A stretch of 63,695 nt of DNA, counting the filler, from Octopus bimaculoides (taxonomy: Eukaryota): assembly GCF_001194135.2 (NCBI RefSeq). It is 8 parts of 6 records of this genome, joined end to end, with 100 filler letters (N's around TTAATTAATTAA, not from the genome) between each part and the next. Parts side by side here need not be neighbours in the genome. Positions count along the whole stretch, not along the records: positions 1 to 6,734 come from NC_068997.1; positions 6,835 to 30,617 come from NC_068997.1; 6 more parts are not named here. The stretch is one strand, 5' to 3'. Made by a program: the position numbers and the translations under genes. Shown here piece after piece: positions 1 through 10,960 of this stretch (position 1 is the first letter of the stretch; each line of letters starts with the position of its first letter). The notes below the pieces were generated by a model, which worked only from the letters and a program-made list of their open reading frames with translations, had not been told where the DNA came from and ran no database searches.

Positions 1-26
1 TGTGTGTGTGTGTGTGTGTGTGTGTA

Positions 27-1190
27 CAGATATGACAGAAGTAAATAGACACCCTTATAATCATTAAAATTTATTTAAATCTGAAATTATATATTCAAAT
101 TATTTATTAATTGTTATAATGGGAATATTTAATATTTAGTTGACATGCCCTTTGCATTTTTCAATGAAAGGACACTATTAGGCATGTTACTGATGAGATG
201 ACGAATATTCTCTTGCGGAAGTTTCATGCAGTAATCTCAAAACATCTGGCTTTGAAGATGCTTTCTTGTTCTTTTTATGAAGTGTCTTGCCCTTTATTTC
301 CCAGAGGTGTTCAATAGGGTTCATATCTGCTGACTGGCTTGGCCATGGAAGCTTTTTAATCCCATTTTCATCCAACAAATCCTGGGTCACTTTAGCCGTG
401 TGACAAGGAGCCCCATCTTCCATAAATAAAGTCTTCTTTAATCACTTCACCACTGGAAAAGATTGTAAGTAGTCCTTTCTGCAATATGGACACATATTTA
501 TCTGAGTTTATGTTTCCCTCAAACTCCACTAACTCTGATCAACCATTTCTCCAAATTGGTCCCCAGATCATCACAGAATAGCTGCCGTGTTTCATTGTTG
601 GCTGCAATCTTTTCATATCGAATTCTTGATCACATAGTCTCCAGACATGCACTCGTCCACTGTCAAGAAATACAGCAAATCTGGGCTCATTAGAGAATCT
701 GACAGTGTTCCAAAATGCTAGTGGCCTCTCCACCATCTCACCGGCCCAATCTTTTATACGTTTGATGTTGGCTGGTCGAAGAAGTGGCTTCCTTTTCGCT
801 GCTCTGCCATAGTAACTAAGTTTGTGGAGATACCTGACAGCTGTTCCTTGGACTGACATCAACTTGTTGTGCTATTTCAGAGATCTTGCAACAAGGATTA
901 TCCTCCACACATCTCTTAACAAATGAAAGGTTCCTGTCAGAGGTCCCTGGTTGATCTGGGCGAGGTGATGTGGACTCCTTGCCTTTCCTTAACTGTAGAA
1001 AGCAAGATCCCAAGGTTTTTTGAGATCTTACGCTGACTATGTCCACCTTCAGAATGACCCACAATACGGCCTCTTTGAAATTCAGACAGTTCCAAGGCTG
1101 CTTTTGTACATGGCATGATTAAACAGTCACATATAAAACCTGAAATATAAAAACGTTTTATGGGGTGTCTATTCACTTCTGTCGTGTCTG
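27..1190 (-). mobile_element. Tc1-family DNA transposon, internally deleted and frameshifted, both TIRs present
   Basis: Left TIR CAGATATGACAGAAGTAAATAGACACCC (27-54, after TA) matches the reverse complement of 1163-1190 with 3 mismatches. Transposase fragments on -: HTH ([17 protein letters not shown]), GRAAKRKPLL, PTMKHG..VMIWG, EDGAPCHTA, WPSQSADMNPIEHLW. Confidence 0.93.
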
Positions 1191-1213
1191 TGCATGTATA
1201 TATATATGTATGT

Positions 1214-1273
<60 letters not shown>

Positions 1274-1289
1274 ATCTTTCGTTTCGATG

Positions 1290-1350
1290 GCCCGTTAACT
1301 GAAGAGATGCCGGCGTGGGTTTCCGCCCCGACATCCGAAACTCAAAGGTT
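1290..1350 (+). ncRNA. Degenerate hammerhead-ribozyme-like motif
   Basis: CTGAAGA, then a 13-position stem II (GATGCCGGCGTGG/CCGCCCCGACATC, 2 mismatches, GTTT loop), then C-GAAAC-TC. Stems I and III are not convincingly intact. Confidence 0.4.
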
Positions 1351-1582
1351 TATCATGGCTACCGAACAATTGTCACATACTATATTTACAGATAAATTCC
1401 CCTATTTACATAATATCGAAGTCTCTTTCATTCTTTTGTTGTCTTGCCTTTTCTATTAATATAAATATATATATAATCAGCATGGTAGGCCAAATAAAGA
1501 TTTTTCACCAAATGACTTATTAGTGATACTCATCATACAGGGAAAATATATTTACAGCTCGAAGTTCCTCGATGGTTCCATG

Positions 1583-1660
1583 TCTCAAAGCATTATTTCT
1601 CTTCAATAAGCCTACTAAATTTCTCAAAGCATTATTTCTCTTGAATAAGCCTACAAAATT
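1583..1660. repeat. 39-bp tandem duplication (2 copies)
   Basis: TCTCAAAGCATTATTTCTCTT(C/G)AATAAGCCTAC(T/A)AAATT occurs twice with period 39. Confidence 0.9.
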
Positions 1661-1760
1661 TTTGCAGTAATACCACAATATGACAAAAATGATAGAAAGC
1701 GAGTCTACCAGATGGAGCTTCTATGGATTGAAAACCTGAACATTGAACTGCACCAGTGAT

Positions 1761-1973
1761 AATATTGGTTCCAAATTTTGCCACATGGCCAGCAATTTCG
1801 GGCGAGTGGGGTAAGTCCGACCTGAGTGCTCAACTGATACTTAATTTATCGATTCGAAAGGGATGAAAGACAAAGCCAACCTCGGTAAAATTTGAACTGA
1901 CCATGTTAAGACGGACGGAATGCCGCTAAGTATTTTGTCCGGTGTGGTAACGCTTCTACCAGCTCGCCGCCTT
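1761..1973 (-). mobile_element. tRNA-derived SINE, family A
   Basis: Reverse complement of the GGCGAGCTGGCAGAA...GCCTTTCATCCTTTCGGGGTCGATAAA repeat seen elsewhere in the window. Flanked by a CACCAGTGA direct repeat (1751-1759, 1974-1982), a probable TSD. Confidence 0.8.
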
Positions 1974-2433
1974 CACCAGTGACGATATTAGAAACAGTAT
2001 CATCACTGATCGGTAGAATCTAGGTGGGATCAAATTACGTTTTAAAGAGATTAGCCATATTGTTTGTATGAAATGTTGTACATTTCTCTTCTACTAAATT
2101 TGGATTGCTTACGCATTCGCGTAGAGGGAAAGAACCCATAAAATCGATATGGAGCAAATTATGACAGCTACACGTTAGGCCTTAACATTTGTATGAACAG
2201 AGCAAGCTTACTGTTTATTGGAACTATCGAGTGGTGAATTAACTATAAAACCATAGCACAGTGGTTTCAGATCTGAACGCTCTACCATTGTCTTTTCTTT
2301 CAATACAAAACAAATTTAAGATAACAAATAAAACACCTATACCATTATTACATGGAAATGAAACGATGTGATCTAATGTGTGAGTGTGTGTGTGTGTGTG
2401 TGTATGTACGTTTGTATGTATCATGTATGTATG

Positions 2434-2467
<34 letters not shown>

Positions 2468-2680
2468 TGTATGTATGTATGTATGTGCGTGTGTATGTAG
2501 GTTTGTATAAAAATTTAAGGCCAGTTCAAATACGCTTATGTGACATTTGAACACCTGTAAAGGATTTTCACTGCAGTTTGTTTCGGGGAAAAGCATTCTG
2601 GCTTAAGACAGAAAGGCGTTAAAACACTATAGTTAGCTCAAAGCGGCATCTTTTCACAAATGCATATGTAACGTCAAACA

Positions 2681-2687
2681 TAGATGC

Positions 2688-2755
<68 letters not shown>

Positions 2756-2764
2756 GTAGGTAGG

Positions 2765-2810
<46 letters not shown>
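2681..2810. repeat. (GATA)n microsatellite, representative of many SSR arrays: (TG)n, (TA)n, (CATA)n, (AAT)n, (TAG)n, (GA)n, (GGAA)n
   Basis: Direct reading. Other examples: 1-25, 1201-1270, 3805-3938, 4303-4369, 6230-6510, 21241-21312, 27661-27738, 33527-33623, 56154-56340, 61523-61635. Confidence 0.98.
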
Positions 2811-3681
2811 CGTACATGCATACATTCATGTATACATACCTACATACATACATACATACATGTTGGTATGTATGTATATGAATAAATGCATAAGTGTGTG
2901 TGTGTGTTGAGTGTATAAATGTACGTATACATACTTGCGTGTGCATAATCACGTGAAGGTTCACGTTAGTATGTGTGCGTGTACCCGTATGTGTGTTCGT
3001 TGTACAGGTGCGTAAGTACTGTTTCCCAACGACGGTCTCTTCCATATGTAATCTGTTTAAACCGACAAACAATTGCAAACTCTGATATACAGGGATAGGT
3101 TCGACTTCCTGTCATACACGGCAACACACAGAGACCAATAGCTTCCTAAAAATCATTAAAGTTAGCCTTCCTTTATATTTAATATAAATCCATTACTTCA
3201 TACTTAACTGCCACAAAGTTTCTGCCGTACTTATTCAAATAAATATCCTCAAAATAAGTCTCTTTGACATTTCTAGTCCCTAGTTCCTACCTAAACCTAA
3301 ACGAGAGCAAACCAAACTAGAACAACTGTGCTTATGTCACTCAAAGCTTGGCATTATGTCCGACCACTCCTCTCTTGCACGAATCTATGATATAATCCAC
3401 TTTGACAAACAGTTGCAATGTCATGGCACCAGCAGCCATCTTATATCTCTGCCTTGCTTTAAAGTGTAGTTCATCGATTTAAGGAACTAACAGTTGCCAG
3501 TACACAGTTACCGACTACTCAATTCTTGGAATGTAACAAAAAAATTACTACCATTCTACCAACAAGACTAGCTTAGTTTGTCTTTCCTTTCCAGAACAGA
3601 TTTCTTTCATAGATAAAATAGACTTTCTTTGGCGGCGGTCATTTCGTCCAGCTTACTAGCCAGAAACACATATACAGCAGC

Positions 3682-3732
3682 ATGCTTCGCTATTCATTTG
3701 TCTTGTCATATATTCTATTATTTTTGGCCGGT
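3682..3732 (+). CDS. Candidate first coding exon, signal-peptide or TM-like MLRYSFVLSYILLFLAG
   Basis: ATG at 3682, hydrophobic 17-aa run, consensus GTAAGT donor at 3733-3738. Pyrimidine-rich acceptor-like sites upstream (3580-3612). No family recognised. Confidence 0.45.
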
Positions 3733-3806
3733 GTAAGTTGACTGAGGTCAACCAAATCGGAGTGATGATACGGAGAACTGCGAGAAAACATATTCACAGA
3801 TAACAC

Positions 3807-3921
<115 letters not shown>

Positions 3922-4300
3922 CACGACACAACACACACATTTTGTAATTTAATCTTTCATTGTCCTACATTTACACCACGTCAGTGTGACATTCTAGAGA
4001 ACGTATTATATCGGAATACTGATCCCCTTTATACACATTATCTGTCGACTATATAGATAGTTAGATATAGATATACACATCTGTGTGTGTGTGTGTGTGT
4101 GTGTGTCTGTCTATGTGTCTGTCTGTGTGTGTCAGCTTTACTCTGTTAATCAAATCCTATCGAGTTTCTAATATCGTAATATGATTTGGGTTTGAACTAT
4201 GGTCAATATCTATATGAAAAGAAAAGATGTGCATGAGAGTAAATGGGTAAGAATCTCTATATGTGCACACAGATATATATGTGTATAATGTTATTATCTT

Positions 4301-4370
<70 letters not shown>

Positions 4371-4821
4371 TCTTACTGGACGTCTCTAACTATAGCGAAA
4401 GCTATCCAGTATCGATTCTCCAGTGAACTATAAAAGGTATTCCATTTACCCTCAACATTACAGTTCTAATTTTTCTACTGATTCCAGCCATTCGAGCGAG
4501 TACAGTCAATAATATCGACCTCAACACCTGACTGATACGTATTTCATCGATCTTGAAAGAGGTAAATACAAAAGACAACCTGGTGGGATTTGAACTCAGA
4601 ATCTGAATATGAAAGAACGTTGCCAAAAGCTACAAGTTATTTAGAACAACGCTCTACTAATACTGCAACTCACTACTCTTTCTACTTTGTTTTTGTTTTT
4701 GTTTGTTTTTTGTTGTTGTTTTTTGTGTTTGTTTTTTTGCTTTTTTTTTATACTGATTCATTTGATGGTTTTAAGCCCTGATTTATATACTTCCATCCCT
4801 CAGTATTCTGAAATCAAATAA

Positions 4822-5220
4822 GTCAGCGAGCTGGCAGAAACGTTAGCCCAGCTGGTAAAACGCTTAGCGATATTTGGTACGTCTTTACGTTCTGAGTTCA
4901 AATTCTTTCGACGTCGACTTTGCCTTTCATCCTTTCGGGGTCGATAAATTAAGTACCAGTTACGCACTGGGGTCGATGTAATCGACTTAATCCATTTGTC
5001 TGTCCTTGTTTGTCCGCTCTATGTTTAGCCTCTTGTGGGCAATAAAGAAATAAGATATTTCGTACGTCTTTACGTTCTGAGTTCAAATTCTTCCGAGGTT
5101 GACTTTGCGTTTTATCCTATTCGGAGTCAATAAATTAAATACCAGTTGAGCGCTGGGGTCGATATAATTGACTAGCTTCTATTCCTGAAATTACAGGCCT
5201 TGTACCAACATTTAAAACCA
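4822..5220 (+). mobile_element. SINE family A, two tandem units
   Basis: Repeated TACGTTCTGAGTTCAAATTC...GTCGACTTTGCCTTTCATCC...AAGTACCAGTT...CTGGGGTCGAT, matching 39790-40215. Confidence 0.85.
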
Positions 5221-5519
5221 ATATTAATGGTGATAGTGTAAGGCAGCGAGCTTTCATGCATTTGGCATCAAAGATATACGAAACAGTTATATTCTGAGAC
5301 TGAACCAATTCCTATTCATGGAATTGTTCTTAAGTTCAGTTGATATTTACTTTACTGTTCATGCAAACATACACAAATGAGTTTTTTTTCTACAAAACAA
5401 CCTTACAATAAATTCGAAGTTGGTCTTGCATTCAAGTAGTTACAATACCACAAGAATAGTATTTGGAAGAAATGCACACTTAGCACTTTCACTACATCAT
5501 ATATCGTTCATTATGTAAA

Positions 5520-5822
5520 ATGGCACTCCGTCGGTTTCGACGACGAGGGTTCCAGCCTGCTCATAGAATTAACGTGTAAGTGGCCGAGCACTCCACTTAC
5601 ACACACACCCTTAGCGTAGTTTACAGAGTGTATTCAGAGTAATACAGGATGCGACCAGGTTGGCCCTTTGAAATACAGGTACAACTTATTTTTGCCAGCT
5701 GAGTGAACTGGAGCAACGTAAAATAAAGTGTCTTCTTCAAAAACACAAGGTGCTGTCTGGAATCGAACTCATGACCTTACGAACGTAAGCCAAATACCCT
5801 AACCGCCACGCCACGCGCCTTC
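5520..5822 (-). mobile_element. tRNA-derived SINE sharing the family G 3' tail but with a different head and body
   Basis: Tail homologous to 46972-47110 and 52849-53029. Minus-strand head TGGCGTGGCGGTTAGG...GAGTTCGATTCC has A- and B-box-like motifs. Confidence 0.75.
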
Positions 5823-6232
5823 ACATGTTCATTATATGAAGAACAAGCAGAAATAGCACAGCCCTTGATTTATAGAAGTTGGTGTTAAAATCTCTTCGAA
5901 ATTCAGTTTGCTTTTCATCTTTCCAGAATAGATTAATTAAATCGCTAGTTGTATACTTGTCCTTGGAAATGACAAATATAAAAATATGACACTGCTAATA
6001 GAGAGGCAGATCAAATCAATCTCACATGCATCACTGGACTATATGATGTACTGTCATTCGACGGACATGTTACAAATATATATTCGCAACGTTAGCAATG
6101 AAACCTCAGAGTTCGCAATATAGTGATACCCACAGTGCTTCTTTTAATCATCGGGATATTCATAAACAAGCAATGTGTCAGTTAGCTAACGACAAAGATT
6201 CTGGGTGATTGTTTGTATGTATACATGTGCGC

Positions 6233-6274
<42 letters not shown>

Positions 6275-6290
6275 ACACACACACATATAT

Positions 6291-6329
<39 letters not shown>

Positions 6330-6701
6330 CATATATATATATACATATATATATATACACATATGTATGTGTGTGTGCATGTGTGTTTATTTGTGTGTGT
6401 ATGTGTGTTTGTGTGTGTATATGTGTGTTTGTGTGTGTATATGTGTGTGTGTATGTGTGTGTATGTGTGTGTGTATGTGTATGTGTGTGTGTGTATGTGT
6501 GTGTGTAAAGAAAGCTGCAGAAGCAATATTGATACCAAAAGACAGCAATGATTATCTGTCGCTGGCGGTAAATATGATGTGCATTTACGCACCAAAAACT
6601 TCCTATGAGGATATTTCTCTCTTGAAAATTATCGCAGTATTTGTGGGTTCTCGCGCAACTTCCGCTTTTAAGCATTAAATATTTTACTATATATATGTAT
6701 G

Positions 6702-6734
<33 letters not shown>

Positions 6735-6778
6735 NNNNNNNNNNNNNNNNNNNNNNNNNNNNNNNNNNNNNNNNNNNN

Positions 6779-6790
6779 TTAATTAATTAA
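6779..6790. other. Scaffolding linker TTAATTAATTAA between N-runs (assembly artefact)
   Basis: The identical 12-mer is flanked by Ns at 6779, 30662, 39393, 44256, 51389, 56874 and 61986. Confidence 0.95.
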
Positions 6791-7085
6791 NNNNNNNNNN
6801 NNNNNNNNNNNNNNNNNNNNNNNNNNNNNNNNNNATATATAATGTGTGTGTGTGTGGGTGTGTGTGTGTGTGCGTGTGTGTGTGCGTGTGTGTGTGTGTG
6901 TGTGTATGTGTGTATTTCAGAATGAAAAGTATATGTATATGGGGATCCTTTCTGTTTGGCAGCCAATTTTCAGTCACTTCAATTTCTGTTCGAATTGATT
7001 TCATATTCGATGTAATGATGTAGTGTTATATGCTAATCAATGCTATCAAATTCATTTTCACCATAAATCAATAAATAGTTATTAG

Positions 7086-7380
7086 TTTACATTATTTATA
7101 TTATTTATATTTGACGGGCATATGGCGTAGTGGTTAATAGCGCAGGCTACTAACCCCAAGATTCCGAGTTCGATTCCAGGCAGTGACCTTAATAATAATA
7201 ATAATAATAACATCACAAATATACCTGAGGAATGAGAACCCCGGTTCAAAATTTCCCCAAGACACTTGATGAAGGTTGAAGGGTATATCAGCCGAAACCT
7301 GTTAACAACAAACAAGATGAGGACAAATATCCGTCAAATATAAATAATGTACATAATTCCTCAACTCTTAAATATAGAAT
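7086..7380 (+). mobile_element. tRNA-Arg-like SINE, family B, with internal (AAT)n and hammerhead motif; 12-bp TSD
   Basis: Head 7116-7182 resembles tRNA-Arg(ACG): A box TGGCGTAGTGG 7123-7133, B box GAGTTCGATTCC 7166-7177. TSD AATAGTTATTAG at 7074-7085 and 7381-7392. Second copy at 49180. Confidence 0.88.
7261..7305 (+). ncRNA. Hammerhead ribozyme motif inside SINE B copy 1 (mutated)
   Basis: GACAC-TTGATGA-A-GGTTG/CAGCC stem II-GAAAC. C3 is mutated and the stem III/I region is partly deleted. Confidence 0.65.
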
Positions 7381-8039
7381 AATAGTTATTAGCTTTTAAA
7401 GTTTGCAAATTTTGGGTACTTATAGCCAATCGCAAGCCACAGACACATTTGTGCCCCTTTCCATAGTAACAAGCCAAATTTGCGAACTATTTTGTCTGTG
7501 AGATAGCTCGTGTTGACAAATATATTCAACGCGAAAGCATGTGCATCGACGCAGTATTTTGCTGTTTGTGCTCATCTGCTCCTTGTGCCCATCCGCTGCT
7601 TGTAACCCAAATAGGCTTTAAATCACGCACCTCCAATTTTTTGGTGGGGGTGGTGGTTGCATAATTGTATGAATTCTCGAGTGTAGACTATAAATTTTCA
7701 AAAATTTTCTGTAAATTCCAAACGGTAAAAAAGATTCCAGGGGTTATTTGTCGTGTGTAAAACAGTTCATTTATCTACTGTTTCATATTAAAACACGCCA
7801 GGTACAAAATGATAGCTTCCAAATCCGACTAGATGTGTGCACACGCACACAAATTGATAAGGGATCAAACTTTAAACCTCTATAACATTTTTTTTTAATT
7901 CTGGAAAAAGTGTAATATCTCCTGAGATTCAGCTTGGAAAACTACATTAATAAACCAAATTTTAAAATTTGCAATAAACTTTGAAATTTCCATAGCTACA
8001 GCCAAAGGGAAAAGATCCACGTTTGGTAGTTCCATGGTT

Positions 8040-10960
8040 AAATAGATAATAAAGTTATAGGTAAGAATTTACAAGAAAAAACAAAGACGAAGACGGATGT
8101 ATAAACAACAAAAAGATGTATTAGTTTAACGCTCGGCAATTGAGAAAGTCTTTTACGTTTCGAGCAGACGCTCTTCGACAGAAAGGAACGCAGAAATAAA
8201 CAGGGAAAGAAAATTAAAAAAGGGTTTAGTAGCTAAAGTCCATTAGCAGTTCCATACGTGAATATTCAATAATAACCTATGGCAAATTTAGAAGTTCCAC
8301 TTTTGAATAGAGAGTGAATTAGGATTGAGTAGATATAATATACTACAGTGAGATGGAAAGATAGAATGGTGGGTGCATGAACGTAGATATAAACTAGTAA
8401 ATATAGTAAGGACATGTTTGGCGAAAGAAGTTAGGAGATACACGCACGCGCGCGCAAGCGCGCACGTGCACACGCACACAAATTGATAAGGGATCAAAAA
8501 TATCAGATGTCAGAATAGTTTCATCTCATGGCTCATCACTAGCGTTGGTCAGTCATAAGACAACAAGAGTGGGACGGAGTGAGTTAGAATGGTAATTAAG
8601 TAATTGTAGAAGATAATGAAGTTCTCGAATTATAGCCCCAACTACAGTGAACGGGATACGACTTAGAAGTGAGGAGAGATTTAGGGCTCACCTAGTTATA
8701 ATGGTGCTAGAAATAAATGCAAATAATATTAATTAGAATTTTAAAATTTGCAGTGTGAGTGGAAATATTCGCTCGTTGGGAATAAGAAGAATAAAGAATA
8801 AAGAATTATAAACAAATTTTTAAATACCTTTTTTTTTTATTAAGTTCTAGTAGATCGAAATTGTAGGGCCCAGGGATGAAACAAATATAGTAATAATGTA
8901 TAATGGATATCATATAAGTAAATCAGTGAAGAAATTTAAGTTGAATTAATTATATATATTTTGTATCCAGTGTTTTAACTCCATAACCGTGAGAAGAGAA
9001 GGCCTAGTGTTGTTCACTTAATAACAATAATGTTGCAATTGAAGAGGTATTCAATTAATTATAATGAAGGTGAGATAAATTAAGGGGGAAATAAAAATCT
9101 ATAAAATAAGAAGGTATGTTCTTTTTCCTAAGGTAGTGTATATGTTTTGTGAGAGAAAATATATATATAAGGAAGTGTAATGTTTTGTGAGAGAAAAATA
9201 TATTTTTCATATTCCAGTGAGTTTAAATGCGCAGAGTATCTTTGCTTGAAATTAATAGTCGCTCCATTATAAATCTTAGTGGAGTTTTGGAATGTTTTTT
9301 TAAGGACCGTGCACTTATAAACGATATTAAACCTCTTGCTTTGAGCTCGTAGCGGGCAGTTATCCTGAATTTTGAAGTTACAATTGGATCTGTTTGGTTT
9401 AGGAGTTCCCCCATCCCCCGCTAAGTGAAAGAGAGTATGCATGATCAGAGGATGTATGATGGTTTAAGCTAGTTCTTTCCAGTCCGTTCTACATACATCA
9501 ATCGTTTTCGAGGTGATTTATGCTTTCATTGTAGGTATTGAGAATTGAAAACATAGATGTTCCTGACTCATGGGAGAAATTAAGCGCAGTGTTATTGTCG
9601 CCGTTGATGGTAGAAACCCTATTATTGCAATTAGGATTACTGATGTTGTTACTATTATTACTATTATATTACTGCTATTATTAGTGTTATTATTACTATT
9701 ACTATCATCACGATAGGTGTTAATATTACTAGCAGCAGCGCCACCACAATCTTATATTCACATTAATGTTAGTATTCTGGTTATTTTTATAGTTTCTATT
9801 ATTACGATCAGTAGTAATATTATTATAGTTATAGCTGTTATAACCATCATCACCATCATTATCACCACCACCACCATTATTATTATTATTCTCGTTAGTA
9901 GTGGATGGTAAGTGATGTCTATTAAGCTTGCACTTATTAGATGCGGCTATGCTGGATTCTAAGCCAGGTGGTGTGAAATGGGATAATTTAAGGGTAAGTC
10001 GGTTAAAGGTAGAGTGGTACTTAGGGTGGGGTGGTAAATGAGATTTGATAATGGCAAAGAATTGCTCAGGTAGGCCCTTAACATTTAAGGAGAAGGGAAT
10101 GTGTATCAAAGTAGAGTTCTTCCCCCATTTTTATTAGATAATCTGGTGGGGGCTGCAGAGTTCGTTTTTCTAGTGGATATTAAGGATACATTTCCATTTA
10201 GTGAATTACATTTTGCAAGGTTTTGGGGTGGTGTGGGAGAGGCGGTTGGATATGCCCAGTAAGCTGCTTATTATGGTTCGAGGTAATAGGTGGAGTGTTC
10301 TATCTATTGTAGGTAATGTTATATTCGTAGTTTGTGGGCGCGTAGAATTAGGATATAATTGAGATAGATAGTTCTTAAGCTTAGTATTAGACACGAATTT
10401 TATTTTTTGTGAGAAACCGCTGGCGGCAAGTGCCTGATTATTATTAGTGGCGTGGTTATTAGATATTTCCTCCTTTGCAGACAGATCACAAACTATAATA
10501 GAGATACTATTAATCACGTTACTAAAAACAGATCTATGGGTATTCATTAGGCTTATGGTACAGAGAATATAACGAAGAGCTTAAATCTCTTACGTCGAGG
10601 AAATTGGTTATTTTATTGGTATTCTCAAATGAAATAGTTAGACTAAAAATTGATAAAAAAACTTATGCAGGACCTTTCTGGTTTTCTCAAGAGATGGTGT
10701 GGAGAAACCGGTAGTGACCAGGAGAGCATCATCGCAATGCAGTCCACTGTGGGTTGCAGGAAAGTACATGCGATGTTGCTGGATGAGGTAAATCCAACGA
10801 GGTCTGTGACCTGAGCCGAATCTGAGGAACACATATCGAAGAAACCATCATTAAATTCTCTACACCAGAGTTTATTATTGAAGGTAATACTTGACCCCTT
10901 CTCAAGATCCGAATTCACTCATGTGACCTCAGAGTTTCCTTCTTGACTAGCTCATACTTA
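8040..10960 (-). mobile_element. Penelope-like retroelement relic (RT, GIY-YIG, 3' repeat)
   Basis: RT motifs SSDSAQVTDLVG and GLHCDDALL (from YRDD), NQALAASGFSQKIKF, HPKYHSTFNRLTLKLS, and endonuclease CNFKIQDNCPL..IVYKC..IYNGATINFKQRYSAH. Many stops and frameshifts. Confidence 0.9.
8150..8186 (-). ncRNA. Minimal type I hammerhead ribozyme in the PLE 3' repeat (A6 mutated)
   Basis: CTTT-CTGTCGA-A-GAGC(GTCT)GCTC-GAAACGTA-AAAG: stem I CTTT/AAAG, palindromic ACGT stem III, GUA cleavage triplet. Confidence 0.7.

Larger units (their letters stand above)
6940..8030 (+). mobile_element. Unclassified interspersed repeat, family C (probably a non-autonomous DNA element), interrupted by a SINE
   Basis: 6940-7085 and 7381-8030 align collinearly with the reverse complement of about 53820-54500, which lacks the insertion. 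Confidence 0.65.

Noticed and set aside
6182-6678. Long ORFs rich in HT, CV, YI, LSIY or poly-L/I here and elsewhere (16388-17320, 34558-35069, 58426-58938, 61432-61731)
   Set aside because: They are translations of di-, tri- and tetranucleotide microsatellites.
7116-7182. Functional tRNA gene with ACT anticodon
   Set aside because: Anticodon and acceptor stems pair poorly and the sequence continues into a SINE body; it is a tRNA-Arg-like SINE head.
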